DNA of 64,000 nucleotides from assembly GCA_026026165.1 (NCBI GenBank), contig JAPEUD010000004.1:62001-126000 (forward strand). Direction: 5' to 3'. The DNA is from Sarea resinae (Eukaryota). Below the pieces are notes generated by a model that was given only the letters and a program-made list of their open reading frames with translations, had not been told where the DNA came from and searched no databases. Positions within the stretch are counted from its first letter, which is position 1, and each line of letters begins with the position of its first letter. The translations under genes were made by a program, and so were the position numbers. Shown piece by piece: positions 1-11,842 of the stretch.

Positions 1-75
1 CGATTTCTATTCATGATTCTGTCCCATGTTACCTTGTTCGATCCCACTGACTGATGCCTCCGATTTCATGCACAG

Positions 76-1775
76 CTCGCCATGATCGGCTGTGGTAGCA
101 TGGGTGGCGGCATGGCCTTGTTGTTCGCCGAACACGGCGTTCATGTATCCTTAGAGGACCCTTCCGAAGAAGCTGTGCAGCGCGTACTCGAGCAGGGCAA
201 GCAAGATGGAATTGGGCATATGCTGGAGAAACATCAGGGTTCGTATGTTTAATCCGCCGCTACCTTCAATGACTAACGGCGATACAGATTATGCCGACCT
301 TTGCAAGAGCTTAGGCTCACCAAAGATCTTTGTCTTCAGCCTGCCGCATGGCACCGTTGGCGACACCGTCTTAGGAAGCTTGCAGCCATATCTGACCAAA
401 GGTGATATCATCATTGATGCCAGCAACGAAAATTGGCAGAACACTCAGCGCCGGCAAGGAAAATGTGTTGCCATGGGCATCTATTATATTGGTATGGGTG
501 TTTCCGGTGGCTATCAGGCTGCGAGGAGAGGGCCGTCCATGTGCCCGGGGGGACAAGATGTGCCAATGAATATGATAATGCCTTTTCTGAAAAAGATCGC
601 GGCAAAAGACCCCAAAGGCCGACCTTGTGTGGGCAAGGCTGGCGAGGGCGGCAGTGGACATTACGTCAAGGTGAAATCGTTGTTCAAATCGCTGAGATGG
701 AGTGCTGACTACGTACCTGAAGATGCTTCACAATGGGATCGAACAGGGCATGATGAGCGCCGTAGCAGAGGCATGGCACGTCATGAATGCATCCTTGGAC
801 ATGGAATACGAGGAGATATCGGATGTCTTTTCCAAGTGGGCCGCAGAGGGAGAACTTGTAAGCGCATATTTCTCTCAAGACTCTGGACTCTATTTGACTT
901 GGGCACAGAAAAACACATTTCTCGTCAATATTGCTATCGACATTTGTAGGACTAAAGACAAAGATGGGCGCTATCCGCTCAGCTATGTCCAAGATAAAGT
1001 CGTCCAAGAAACAGACGATACCGAAGGCACGGGCATCTGGTCGAACGAAGAGGCCATCCGTCTCCATATCCCCACGCCTACACTGTCAACAGCTTATTCC
1101 TTCCGCGTAGGGTCCGGCGATCGAGCACAGAGGGAACGAGTGAAGGGTGCTTTTGGAGGCGACTTTCCGGTCGAGAAGATATCTTTCCGTAACGATGGCG
1201 AAAAAGAGTCTTTCCTGGAAGACTTGCGACTGGCCGTCTACGAGGCCTGCTTGGCGTCATACGTACAGGGGCTGATTGTCATCGACAAAGCGGATAGAGA
1301 GAACAACTGGAGCATCAACTTTGCGACCGTCGTTCAGATCTGGAGGGGTGGCTGCATCATCCAAGCAGATCACATCGCCGACATGCTCGAGGAGATCTTC
1401 AAAGGTCCCCGCGCAGTCAAGGAGAACGGCGACCGCAATCTCCTTTACGAACCACGTATTGCCGAAGAATTCAAAAGGGGCTTCGCGGCCTTGAAGCGTA
1501 TCGTATCCAAAGGGGCAGAGACCAATGCGATCATCCCTAGTATCAGCGCGACTTTGGATTATCTCAAGTATCAGACCAGTTTGGGTAAGTCGTTTTTCGC
1601 TCCACTCAATCGTAGCAGTTTAGCAGCGCCACAGACTGACGATTCGCCAGATTTGCCGACACAATTTTACGAAGCCGAGTTGGACTATTTCGGCAAGCAT
1701 ATGTTTGACTTGAAGTCGGAGCCCGCCGGCAAGCCTGTGACGGGCAAGCATCATTATGAATGGAAGCCTGCTTAG
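76..1775 (+). CDS. gnd: 6-phosphogluconate dehydrogenase-like protein, multi-exon, probably 5'-partial (first exon likely upstream of the window)
   Basis: Spliced reading gives LAMIGCGSMGGGMALLFAEHG (Rossmann motif), IIDASNE, GMGVSGG..AARRGPSMCPGG, GSGHYVK|MLHNGIEQG, GTGIWS, IWRGGCII and DYFGKHMF. Introns start near 239, 671, 858 and 1585. TAG ends at 1775. Confidence 0.9.
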
Positions 1776-2249
1776 TAGTTAGGTCTTTGGGATAGCCGGT
1801 TCGGAGCCTGCTTGGTTAGCGAGCATGTGAAAGGATCGAGGGGAAGAGGGCGGTCGTACATGTCAGTAGCGTTGCATGACATAGATGGAGGATTAGACGG
1901 CTTGTCTTGATAGAATAGATTAGCCTAGCCATGACCAGACCAGACCAGACCAAACCAAGACTCTGCAAGCCGTCAAGCTTTCCTTTTTCCTTTTATGAAG
2001 ACACAGTATGAAGCCCCATGGGCAAAAGACAGCATTCTGGCTTGCCTGCCTGCCTGCCTGCCTGCCCGCCGGGCTTCGAATTAGAAGAGCAGAGATTCTT
2101 TGTATTTACATCCTATATATCAAGCACCCGACTCACTTTCCTAAGAACTCCAGAGGTTACCGTTACCTCCCCCCCCCTTTTCTCCCCCAACCGGCTCCCC
2201 GGTCTGAGGGCCCGAAGAGGGACCCGATATCCAAACAGGCTCCGTGCAT

Positions 2250-2861
2250 CTACGGCAAAGTGGCCCAGACGGCAGCAGCGGCACCGACGAGGGGGAAAAC
2301 GCCTCTGATCAAATTCAAAGTGCCCCAACGATCCAACAAGGCCTTGGTGCTCTCCCCGCCGAGCCCCAGCGCGCCCTCCTTGACATCCTCGGCGAGTCCC
2401 TGGCCCTTGAGTTCCTGCTCCTTCTGGTGCAAGCTGTCATTGGTGGGGGCCATGACGAGGAGGGTGTAGGGGGCGATGGCGACGGTGGCGACGGCGGCGA
2501 CGGCGTACAGCTTCCACGCGCTGGGGTGCGCGACCGCGAACGGGTGGTTGTAGGCCTGGTAGGCGGCGAGCGCGTGGAAGAGGCTGCCGAAGACGGCGAG
2601 GGAGGGCGCGTATTTCTTGCCGCGGTCGTAGAGGGCGGCCCATTGCTCGGCGGCGACGGGGGAGGGGGCGAGGAGCAACGAGGGCACGCTGAGCACGCTG
2701 ATCGAGGTGATGGTTCCTGGTCGGCGTCAGTGGGGGTGGGCTTTGGTGATTGAGTGGCCGACGGTGGGTGGTGACGGCGGCTTACCTGCGAGAAAGGCCG
2801 AGGTCGTGATGCCAATGGCTTGGGCGGCGCGGATCGTGTCTGTGGTCGTGATGGCCGCCAT
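2250..2861 (-). CDS. DUF1772 / anthrone oxygenase-like membrane protein, 2 exons
   Basis: Exon 1 reads MAAITTTDTIRAAQAIGITTSAFLA, followed by a GTAAG..CAG intron (about 2785-2717). Exon 2 has QWAALYDRGK, PYTLLVMAPTNDSL and LLDRWGTLNLIRG, which are typical DUF1772 motifs. Confidence 0.8.
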
Positions 2862-3534
2862 CGTGATGGTGACGCGGTTATATATTGGGAATGGATCTGG
2901 TGCTGTTCGACCTCAATCTGAGTCTTTGCTCAAAAAAATGAAAGCAAGAAGATGAATAATTGAGGATTGAAGCCTTTTACTTGTGACGATTGAATAACGT
3001 ATGATGGATGCCAGAGCTTCTAAAGCCTTCCAAGTGGTGTCTGATGGAAGACGAGATCATAACACTACTACTGAAGTACCTACCGTACCTACCTACTACT
3101 ATGTACTACATAATACGTAGTACTGCGCCAACTTGGAAGAGTAAGCTTACTATGGCATGATCCTTCACACTGCGACAGCCCTGATCTCCCCGCTCTGTTC
3201 GGACGCTGACGCACGTGCGCACCCCGTTTGATAAGATGGACGTCGGACTATGCGATCGGACATGGTCGACGCGACCGCCCTCGATAACCTCAGTGAGGAT
3301 TGTTATTGTGTCACTGCGGAGTACAGGTAACAGGTACACGAAATACTGCAGTAGAGAGCTGTCAAGCATCCACCCCACCACCTGATTAGCTGAGAGCGTC
3401 CGCCCCTCCCCGTCTCTGCTCCGTCATCATGTTCTGTAGCAGAATTCAAGTCGATCACCAAGACTCTGTGTATATATTCCATGTCTGACAGGAAGGAACA
3501 CTTCTACACGTGAACCACCTACCCTCAGAGAACC

Positions 3535-4248
3535 ATGGCAGACATCACCCTCTACGACCTTGGCAGCAAACAGGGCCAGAGCTGGTCCGGCAACGTCTGG
3601 CGGACGCGCCTCCTCCTCAACTACAAGCAGCTCCCCTACCAGACGCACTTTCTCGAATACCCGGACCTGCGACCCTTTCTCTCTTCCAAGGGCATCCCAC
3701 CGGGCGGCGAAGGCACGTCTGCATACACGGTGCCCACATTGCAGATCGGGGACCGCTACATCATGGACTCGGCGGCCATCGCCACCGAAGTCGAGAGACT
3801 CTACCCGACGCCCGCGCTGCCGCTCGAGACGCCAGCGGGGACGAAGCTGCGATCGAAACTCTCGGCTGTCTCGAGCGCGATCGACCCGATCATTAAGCCG
3901 CAAGTCCCGAAGACCATTCTCAACGAGGCGTCACAAGAGTACTTCTACTCCACGCGCAGAGAAAGACATGGGATGCCTCTCGAACAGCTGGAAGCAGAGC
4001 ACGGGGGGAGCGCGGCGTGGGAGAAGGTGGACGAGGCCTGTAGGGATCTTGCGCAGACGCTGAGAGAGAATGGAGGGCCGTTTGTAGAAGGCAAGGAGCC
4101 CGTGTATGCTGACTTTGTCACCGTCGCCTTTCTGGAATTTGCGAAAAGGGCAGGCCAGCACATCTTCGAAAGGCTTGTCGGTCCGTATCCGGAGCTGAAA
4201 GCCTTGTATGAGGCGTGTAAGCCTTGGTTGGCGCGGAACGATCATTAG
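3535..4248 (+). CDS. Glutathione S-transferase-like protein (fungal GST_N_3 type)
   Basis: Intronless 237 aa ORF with ITLYDL..WSGNVWRTRLLLNYKQLPY, YTVPTL..DSAAIA and GPFVEGKEPVYADF. Confidence 0.88.
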   Translation: MADITLYDLGSKQGQSWSGNVWRTRLLLNYKQLPYQTHFLEYPDLRPFLSSKGIPPGGEGTSAYTVPTLQIGDRYIMDSAAIATEVERLYPTPALPLETPAGTKLRSKLSAVSSAIDPIIKPQVPKTILNEASQEYFYSTRRERHGMPLEQLEAEHGGSAAWEKVDEACRDLAQTLRENGGPFVEGKEPVYADFVTVAFLEFAKRAGQHIFERLVGPYPELKALYEACKPWLARNDH

Positions 4249-4580
4249 ATTAACAGGGTATATAGGTAAGGCATTGATTCGGTAGAGCTACAAGTATGAA
4301 GCCTTATGATATTAGCATTTACAGGATAGAATGAGTACTGCTAATTCAGCGGATCATTGTCATTTAATACACAGTACTTAAATACTTATAACTGGTAAAA
4401 ATGCATACCAAACTTCCTTTCATTCGTTTTGCGAAAAGCCACCTAGGAGAATCAGTCAGTCAACATGACCCCTCCCATAAAAAAAACAGCCTCGCTTCTA
4501 AGCACTGTAGCCTCAAGGCCATCAAGACGACGACGGTTGGAAAGGTCGAGGAGGCGAGGAGGCGAGGAGGGCAAAAAATG

Positions 4581-4670
4581 GGGTCTGGCCGGGAATTGAA
4601 CCCGGGGCCTCTCGCAAACAGAACTTAGAGTCAACCCTAAGCGAGAATCATACCGCTAGACCACCAGACC
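4581..4670 (-). tRNA. tRNA-Pro(AGG): tRNA-Pro (anticodon AGG) with an 18-nt intron at 4617-4634
   Basis: Reverse complement reads GGTCTGG TGGTCTAGCGGTATGATT CTCGC TT AGG G [TTGACTCTAAGTTCTGTT] T GCGAG AGGCC CCGGG TTCAATT CCCGG CCAGACC C. Acceptor, anticodon and T stems pair, A and B boxes are present, and a T6 Pol III terminator follows at 4573-4578. Confidence 0.95.
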
Positions 4671-5301
4671 GATCTTCGTTGAAAGAAACTCGTCATAAAG
4701 AGCCTATGTACTTCCCCTCGCGTCTACCGAGTCCATGTGGGATCCATGTTGATCTACTACGTATGAAGTAGTACGGAGTAGGTGGGGTTGGGTCTGAGCA
4801 GGGGGTGCCGTCGCCAAAAGACTTCGCCAGGGTGGACGGAGACCCTGGCTGGGTGAGGGGGTCCCACACGATATACTGACATCAATTGGTAGGTCAGCGC
4901 TTGCTTGCTTGGTGGGCGTTTCTGGTAGGAGAGAGCAGTCTATTGCGGTTTGCGAAGTACGTCTCCGGAGTGCGTGAGATGCGAGGCGCTGTTGACACTC
5001 TGCTGCATGCAGTTGGTGATTGATACAAGGGGTGTGCGCACTGGTAGATGAGGCATTGTAGAAGGAGGCTTTACGGTGTTGCCTTGCCATACAGTGAGGC
5101 TGATGGATAGCATCCTACAGTACTTGAAAAACGGTGTCTGCTATTCTTCTTGATACTGAACAGTTCCAGCCTAATCTCATATAGAACCCAAGCACGGCTT
5201 CGTCCCATTTCCTTACGTAGGATCCCCGAGGATTCAAGTGTCAACGGGCAATGCTGTCAAAGAAACTCGATATTTTGCCTTCAGATTGAGTGACTATGCT
5301 A

Positions 5302-6620
5302 TCAAGTATTACTCCGCAAGAGATGCGTCAGCTGCTCGTCTCCTGCGTACTTCTTCAGCGCTTCGTTCTTCCAAGTCTGATACGGACTAAGCTCATTTGC
5401 ATCCCCGGGCTAAGGCTGTTACTGCCGGCGTAGACATCGGCCACGGGCCAAAGCATGCAAGGGCTGCTAAAGGCCAGCGCTTTGGGTTCAAAGGACGCAA
5501 ATTCCTAGTCAATCATGCCAGTGATGTTGAAGTCTTCGTCAACTAGAATAGGATCACCCTTGTCGTCGAAGTGTTTTAGGGAGAAGCCGGCATGGTTATG
5601 GAGCGGCAGCACCTCTGGGATCATATCCACACGCCAGCGATAAGAGAGACAGTGGTCCACTGCGAGGGTTGACAGCTCGCCATTGGCTGTGAGCTTCAAT
5701 TGCTGTACAAGCATCGCTCTCAGGGAGGACTCTAGGTCATCGAACGGCCCGAGAGGAGCGTTGGGGGAGTCGAAGAATTGGGATTGCGCGAATCCGCCTG
5801 TTTTGCTAGATGTGCTTGAGGAAACTATCGATCCTGTAGAAGTATCTCTCTACTTCTCCAGGGCAAGCAGAACGTCTGCTAATTGTTCTAAGATTGTGGT
5901 CCTTTGATTAGGTGTCGTCATATCCCACATCAGGGGGGGCGCCTTTCATCTTCTCCATGAGCAAGAGAGGCACCCCTACGAGATTCTCGCTGGACTCGCT
6001 CGCGAAGTGAAATACTTTCGGAACAGGGACGCCAGTACTCTCCAGATATTTGAGCGTGAGGGTTTCACTGAGGCTGATGTACTCTTGTGTGGGTTTGGGT
6101 GGGAGGAGAGGGTCGTCGAGTCGGATCCGGGCCATCCAGACAATTCCGTCCTGAAATCGGATGTCGATATTGCAATTTTGTCCACCTGTCTGGCTCAAAA
6201 TGGTTTCGACATTGAGGTTCCCTTGCCGATCCGGCACGAGTGCGGGAATGGAGCACGAAATGCCATTGCGGAGACGGCAGGCCAAAGAGACCAGGGCAGT
6301 GGTATTGACTTGATACAGGCGATTTAGAATGTGTTTGGTCTGGACGGATCTAGATGCAGTATAGTGGGCCTCTGGCTCCGTGTCCTGTTTGAGACCTCAA
6401 TGAACTTCAACAATCGAGAGGTGTTCATTGGGCCACAACACACCTCGGATGGACAATGATGGAATGGGATCCGGCAATGCTTGGCGCAGAAGTGCGAGGC
6501 ACAAATCGCACAGCTTCCAATATCGCGTTCAGCTGGCTGAGGGCATGACCCATATTCGCATTCACGAAGGGTCGTGTTTTCGTCCTGAGACTTTACAGAG
6601 AAATCGGCGTTTAAGAACAT
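5302..6620 (-). pseudogene. Disrupted aminoglycoside-phosphotransferase (APH)-like fungal kinase with an N-terminal Cys/His zinc-finger-like region
   Basis: Motifs CxxxxC..CAICASHFCAKHC, GGQNCNIDIRFQDGIVWMARIRL, SETLTLKYL..VPVPKVF, LLMEKMKG and HFDDKGDPILVDEDFNITGMID. Lesions: a +1 frameshift in the G7 run at 5933-5939, TAG at 5505-5507 where IDWE is expected, and a further frame break near 5410. Confidence 0.8.
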
Positions 6621-6909
6621 GTACGGTTCTGGATTTTGCAGGGGTCAAGCTTGCAGTGAGGAGTTGAGAGCTCCGTGATTACAAATGTTTTGGTCGCTGG
6701 TCGTAGGATGATATCTTTGAGCGCTGATACGAAGATTTGCCAATCCAATTGCAGGCCTTTTTTTTCAACCTTGTTCACATTCTCTTCTCGCGTGTATTCA
6801 TTATTTCTACACACCCTTCGACTACCTTTAATCTACGTTGGAGTGTAATCAGATGCCGTCTTGCGTATTCTCTCAAGAAGGGTTGCTAGGCCTGGGTATG
6901 ATGCTGCTG

Positions 6910-8318
6910 TCACGCTAAATGCAGTAAGTTCTTCCACTTCCACAGCAATCCCCAGCCGCCGAACACTGACGAGAGCCCTGTGAATATGATGAGGGGCCCG
7001 TAAGTCGTTCCATAACCAAAGCTTCCCAACGAGCTCGTTCTCCCAGCTTTGAGCAGCGGCACACCAGCAAGCCCACCACTCACATATCCAATCCCCCTCG
7101 CGCCATTCAGCAGACCATACAGCATTCCTGTATCGATAGCCTCATTCATCTGCGCAGCTTCGTGTTCCAGCTCATTGATGACGCCTCCCCAAGTCGCGCT
7201 GTAGCCACCGGCAAAGAAGCCGAAGCTGATGGAGAATAGTACCAAAAGCGCCATGCTACCTTTCGACGTCAGGCCCCAGAGGAGGAAAGCGGACAGAGCG
7301 GAGCTGATAGCGGATATGGATGTTACAGTCGTGGCTGAAAGGGGGAAGTATTTGTTGTCGCTGAGATACCCAAAAAAGGACGACGACACGATGCCAGGGA
7401 TGTTGAAAAGGGTGAGCAGAATGGTGGCCGAGGTCTGAGAGAGCAAAGTGACTTCGTGGGCGTAGGTGTTCAGATATGTTTGCGGAATACCATACCCAGA
7501 GCTTTGAAGAATAATGGCGATGCTGTAGATATAGAAGGTCTGGTGTTTGAGGAACTGCCAGGGGATCTTCCGTGTCCGATGAGTGTTTGAGGATACGCTC
7601 GAAGGATGAGTTAGTATCAAGAAGATTGGGGGAATGCTGGTACCGGCCGCAATAGCCGTCCATATCCTCAACGTGATGCGAAATCCGTAGCGATCAAGAA
7701 GGGCTCTCATCAGAAACGGACAAGCAGATCCCACGATGTTTTTGCAGGACAGAACAACTCCGTACGCCACAGCTCGGTTGCTGGTGTTAAACCATTCACC
7801 AAGCGATAGTGTGGTCGGACTGTAGATGAGAGCGCATCCTAGCGCTGCCATGACACCCTGTGTCGCAACCAAATGCCAGACATGAGTGCTGAAGGAGGAC
7901 AGGAGGAAGCTAATGCATGTGAGCACAGCGCCGCAAACAGCTGCGGTCCGGCGTCTACGGGCCCATCGCTTGGTGAACAGCGCGAACAGGAAAGGCATGG
8001 AGAGGTACATGACGCCGTTGGAAGTGGTGCCGATGATACCGGTGACTGCATGACTTCCTTGCAGCATGCGGCTGCTGGAATAGTATTCTTGGAAGACGCC
8101 GTAGTTCATGGCGAAACCTGCATCAGTGAGTAGAATTGCAATCAGATTGTGGGACTCAAGCTACCCCATATCGGCAGCTGCAAGATCGAGCAGCCCACGA
8201 GAACGCATGCCCTCTTCCTATTTGATTCCCATTGCCTTGAGTCGGCTTGATCGATGCTGGATGCATCTTGTTCGGTGTCGTGGAGCTGCTGCTCGGCGAC
8301 GCTCTCATTGCATGTCAT
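6910..8318 (-). CDS. MFS monocarboxylate-transporter-like protein, 2 exons
   Basis: Exon 1 MTCNES..CSILQLPIWG, intron about 8164-8118, then FAMNYGVFQEYY, LVATQGVMAALG, EWF..RAVAYG and FFGYLSD. About 12 hydrophobic segments. Confidence 0.88.
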
Positions 8319-9337
8319 TGCGAATAAGCTGGAGACTGGAGATTGGAATATGTAAAGAGGAAGGTTGCCAGCGAGCCAAGTGTGCGACATCTTCCATTGC
8401 TTCAAGAGCCATGACGTTTCCGAACGGACGTGCGCCCTACGAGTGATAATGTCAACCAGGATCCTTCCCGTCCGTGGCAGATGGTCGCGTCGTAGAAGTC
8501 ACACCCGGCGGGACCAATGCATCCATTATGACCGTCTACTCTGTACGCTCCGGACAAGAAGTGAGGCTCATAAGAGTCGTTTTCGCAGTCGTGACCACAT
8601 CGACCAGTCCCTTGTGCTCGGGCGACCGTAAGTGGAAATAGGTAGGGAAAAACATCTCATGTCGCATGTCCGACCCAAGGTGTGCCGCTATCCCCAGTAG
8701 TGACCTTGACCCCACCATCCACAGCTGATAGAAGAACTACAGAAGGATCGTACTATTCTTTAGTACTTCTACTTCTATATGAATCATGTCTTCCACTCTA
8801 CGACAACCGTGCTGACCTGAAGGCAAATTGAGATACCTACCTACCTACCTAGCCAGCTTGTTCAGCTTGATGCGAAGAGGAAAATTGTACTCCGTTACCA
8901 TCCTTCGATCCGTCACCCACATTCGCATCGTCTCGCTTTCTTTCTTTTTCAAGATCCATCTCCCACCGTTCTACAGATCTTTCAAATCCTAGATTGGCGC
9001 ATCACAGCCTTTCCGGGGTATCGCATCGCGAACGAACAATTCTTGTATCACACTCCACAAAGTAACAATTCCCGACGAGGAGAGCCATGAAGTTGAGTAG
9101 CAGCGGATTATCCTGCGATCAAGGTACTACCATGGGTAACATGCATGAAACCGGTGTTCAACTTGACCCCACCCGCCATCATCCATCTCACTCGCGCACG
9201 AAGGGGATGATAAAGGGTGTGGCCAAGTTGTTCTGAGATGATACGGTTGAACTTGATCTGGATAATACCAGCGAAAGGATCATGCTTGCCTTTTCCCCTC
9301 ATTGGAAACACTGATATACTGATTCAAGCAGAGCGAT

Positions 9338-11156
9338 ATGTCCGCCACGCCGCCTCGTTCGGGTGACCTGGAAAAAGGTCCGACGAGGACGACCGGAGAC
9401 CAAAATGGGCGGGCCGAAATCCAATCCCTGGATGACAGCGTTCCTTCATCGGCAGGATTCAGGGACAGGATGCGCTTCTACTGGAGTAAATTCGAGAGGC
9501 AACTGGTCGTGTACAATCTAGAAGCTCGGGGCATACAGCGAGTCGAAGAGGACGAGAAGGACGACATCAAAGACTTGGGGTACATGCAGGTGATCATCCT
9601 TTGGTTCTCGATCAACCTTGCGGCAAATAACATCACCCTGGGACTGCTTGCGCCAGCGGTCTACTATCTGAGCTTTTTGGATGCCGCCATGTGCGCCGTC
9701 TTTGGATCGATCCTGGGTAGTCTGCCTACAGCATACATCGCAACATGGGGACCAACATCTGGCAATCGCACGATGGTATTGATTCACCCCTCTTTACCAA
9801 GGTATCAACCTAACTGTTCGCCTAGATAATCACCCGATATACAATGGGCTGGTGGCCGAGCAAGCTCATTGTGATTCTCAACTTGATCGTCCTTCTGGGG
9901 TACTCCATGATCGACTGTGTGGTAGCTGGGCAGATGCTCTCCGCTGTGTCGCCACATGATAGCATGTCAGTTGTAGTCGGTAAGCCATAGAGCTCTCTGA
10001 GACAAAGCTGGTATTGACCTGGGCTATTAGGTATAATCATTGTGGCCGTCATTACATGGGCCATCACGACGTTTGGATACCAAATCTTCCATTACTACGA
10101 ACGGTATGACCTTCGTAATTCGCCTCCAGATGTCACACTGATCCCCGTTTAGGTATGCATGGCTGCCTCAGCTTGTTGTTCTGTGCATATTGGTGGGAAC
10201 AGCGGGGCCGAAATTTGATACCAATACACCGTCTCAAGGCGATTCGAGAACGGTCATTGGCAATAGGTATGATTCATACGCTTGGGAGTAAGTCAGTCGC
10301 TTATCATTCGCAGAATATCCTTCTTTTCACTCTGCTTTAGTGCCGCTATCACCTACGGAGGAGGTGCAGCGGATTATTTTGTTTACTATCCCGTGAATAC
10401 TTCGGCTTGGAAAGTTTTCACCTCATCGATGATCGGGTTGTCTCTCAGCTTTTCGTTCGCTCTCCTCTTAGGCATTGGCTTGGGATCCGGTATGGCTACC
10501 CATCCGGATTGGGCAACAGCCTACGACACCTCTCAGGGCGCTCTCATCGTGCAAGGCTTTTCTCCCTTGGGCGGGTTCGGAAAGTTTTGTGGCGTGGTAG
10601 TTGCCCTGGGTCTTGTCGCCAATCTCATCCCGCCTACCTATTCCTCGGGGGTAGATTTCCAGATCTTGGGCCGTTATGCTACCAAAGTTCCGCGCGTTCT
10701 TTGGAACACCGTTGGCGTTATTATCTATACCGTCTGCGCTTTGGCGGGGCGTAATTCTCTGTCGGAAATCTTTACCAATTTTCTGGCACTGATGGGCTAC
10801 TGGGTGGCTATATGGTTTGCTCTTCTGCTGGAGGAGCAGCTAATCTTTCGTCGAAAACGTGGATATAATTGGGCTATGTGGGACGACCGATCAAAACTCC
10901 CTCTAGGCATCGCTGCGCTGCTCGCCTTCTTGGTTGGATGGGTTGGGGCGATCCTGTGCATGGCCCAGGTTTGGTATATTGGCCCTATTGCGCAGCAAGT
11001 GGGACAATATGGAGCCGACGTACGTACACGCATGATCGGAAATCATTCAAGTAGGAAACTGATCTGTCTTAGATGGGAAACTATGTTGGTTTCTCGTGGG
11101 CCGCACTCGTCTACCCTCCTTTGCGGTATCTGGAGCTTAGACGATTTGGCCGTTGA
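9338..11156 (+). CDS. Purine-cytosine permease (NCS1, Fcy2/Tpn1-like), multi-exon
   Basis: Motifs EARGIQRV, WFSINLAANN, WGPTSGNRTM|IITRYTMGWWP, ADYFVYYP and FTNFLALMGYW. Final exon GNYVGFSWAALVYPPLRYLELRRFGR* ends at 11156. Confidence 0.9.
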
Positions 11157-11842
11157 GTGCGGAATTGCTGTTGGATGTCCGCTCTCTCAGGGTCCGTCAT
11201 GACCCGTCTCCATTCTCGGATCAATGCCGCCGAAGCATGTAGAAACATGTGAGCATCGTGACTGGCAGAGCTGGCATATTGGACAGACAGGTTTACGTGT
11301 TGTCGTGATGCCCTGTAGATATGACGAGACCAGACCGTCAATCAGCTGAAAAAAGCAAAACATTCCTCTTCCTCTATCTCGATTGCTGAACATGCATATC
11401 ATGTAATGAGTGACTGGTACGCTCCGATCGATATCTTAGACATCACGGACCGTAGCCCCATGAGGACGATGATCGATCAACGTTGCTGCACTAGAAAAGC
11501 TCCAAGCTTCGACCGAAATGTTCTCTCGCATGGGATTTCCTATCGTGGCAGTGTCCACTGCAGCTGCAGAGTCGAGTTTCTTGATCGGGCCTAGGCCAGG
11601 AACAACTATCGCAGGCTCCCCCGCGTCGTGCAACCGCGCAACGATGCGACCTTGCAATGATAGATAGGGCGATGCACGATAAGGCCAAGATTGGGTCAAT
11701 CCATGACCAGTGGACAGCCCCAGACTCTGGACCCTGCGCGCATCTCCTAATATGCATTTGGGCATATAGATAGCAAGGTATGTGCATCTTTTCAGCTCTG
11801 GATTTCCGAGCTCTTCTTCCCCAGAGCTGCCACTCATTCGCC

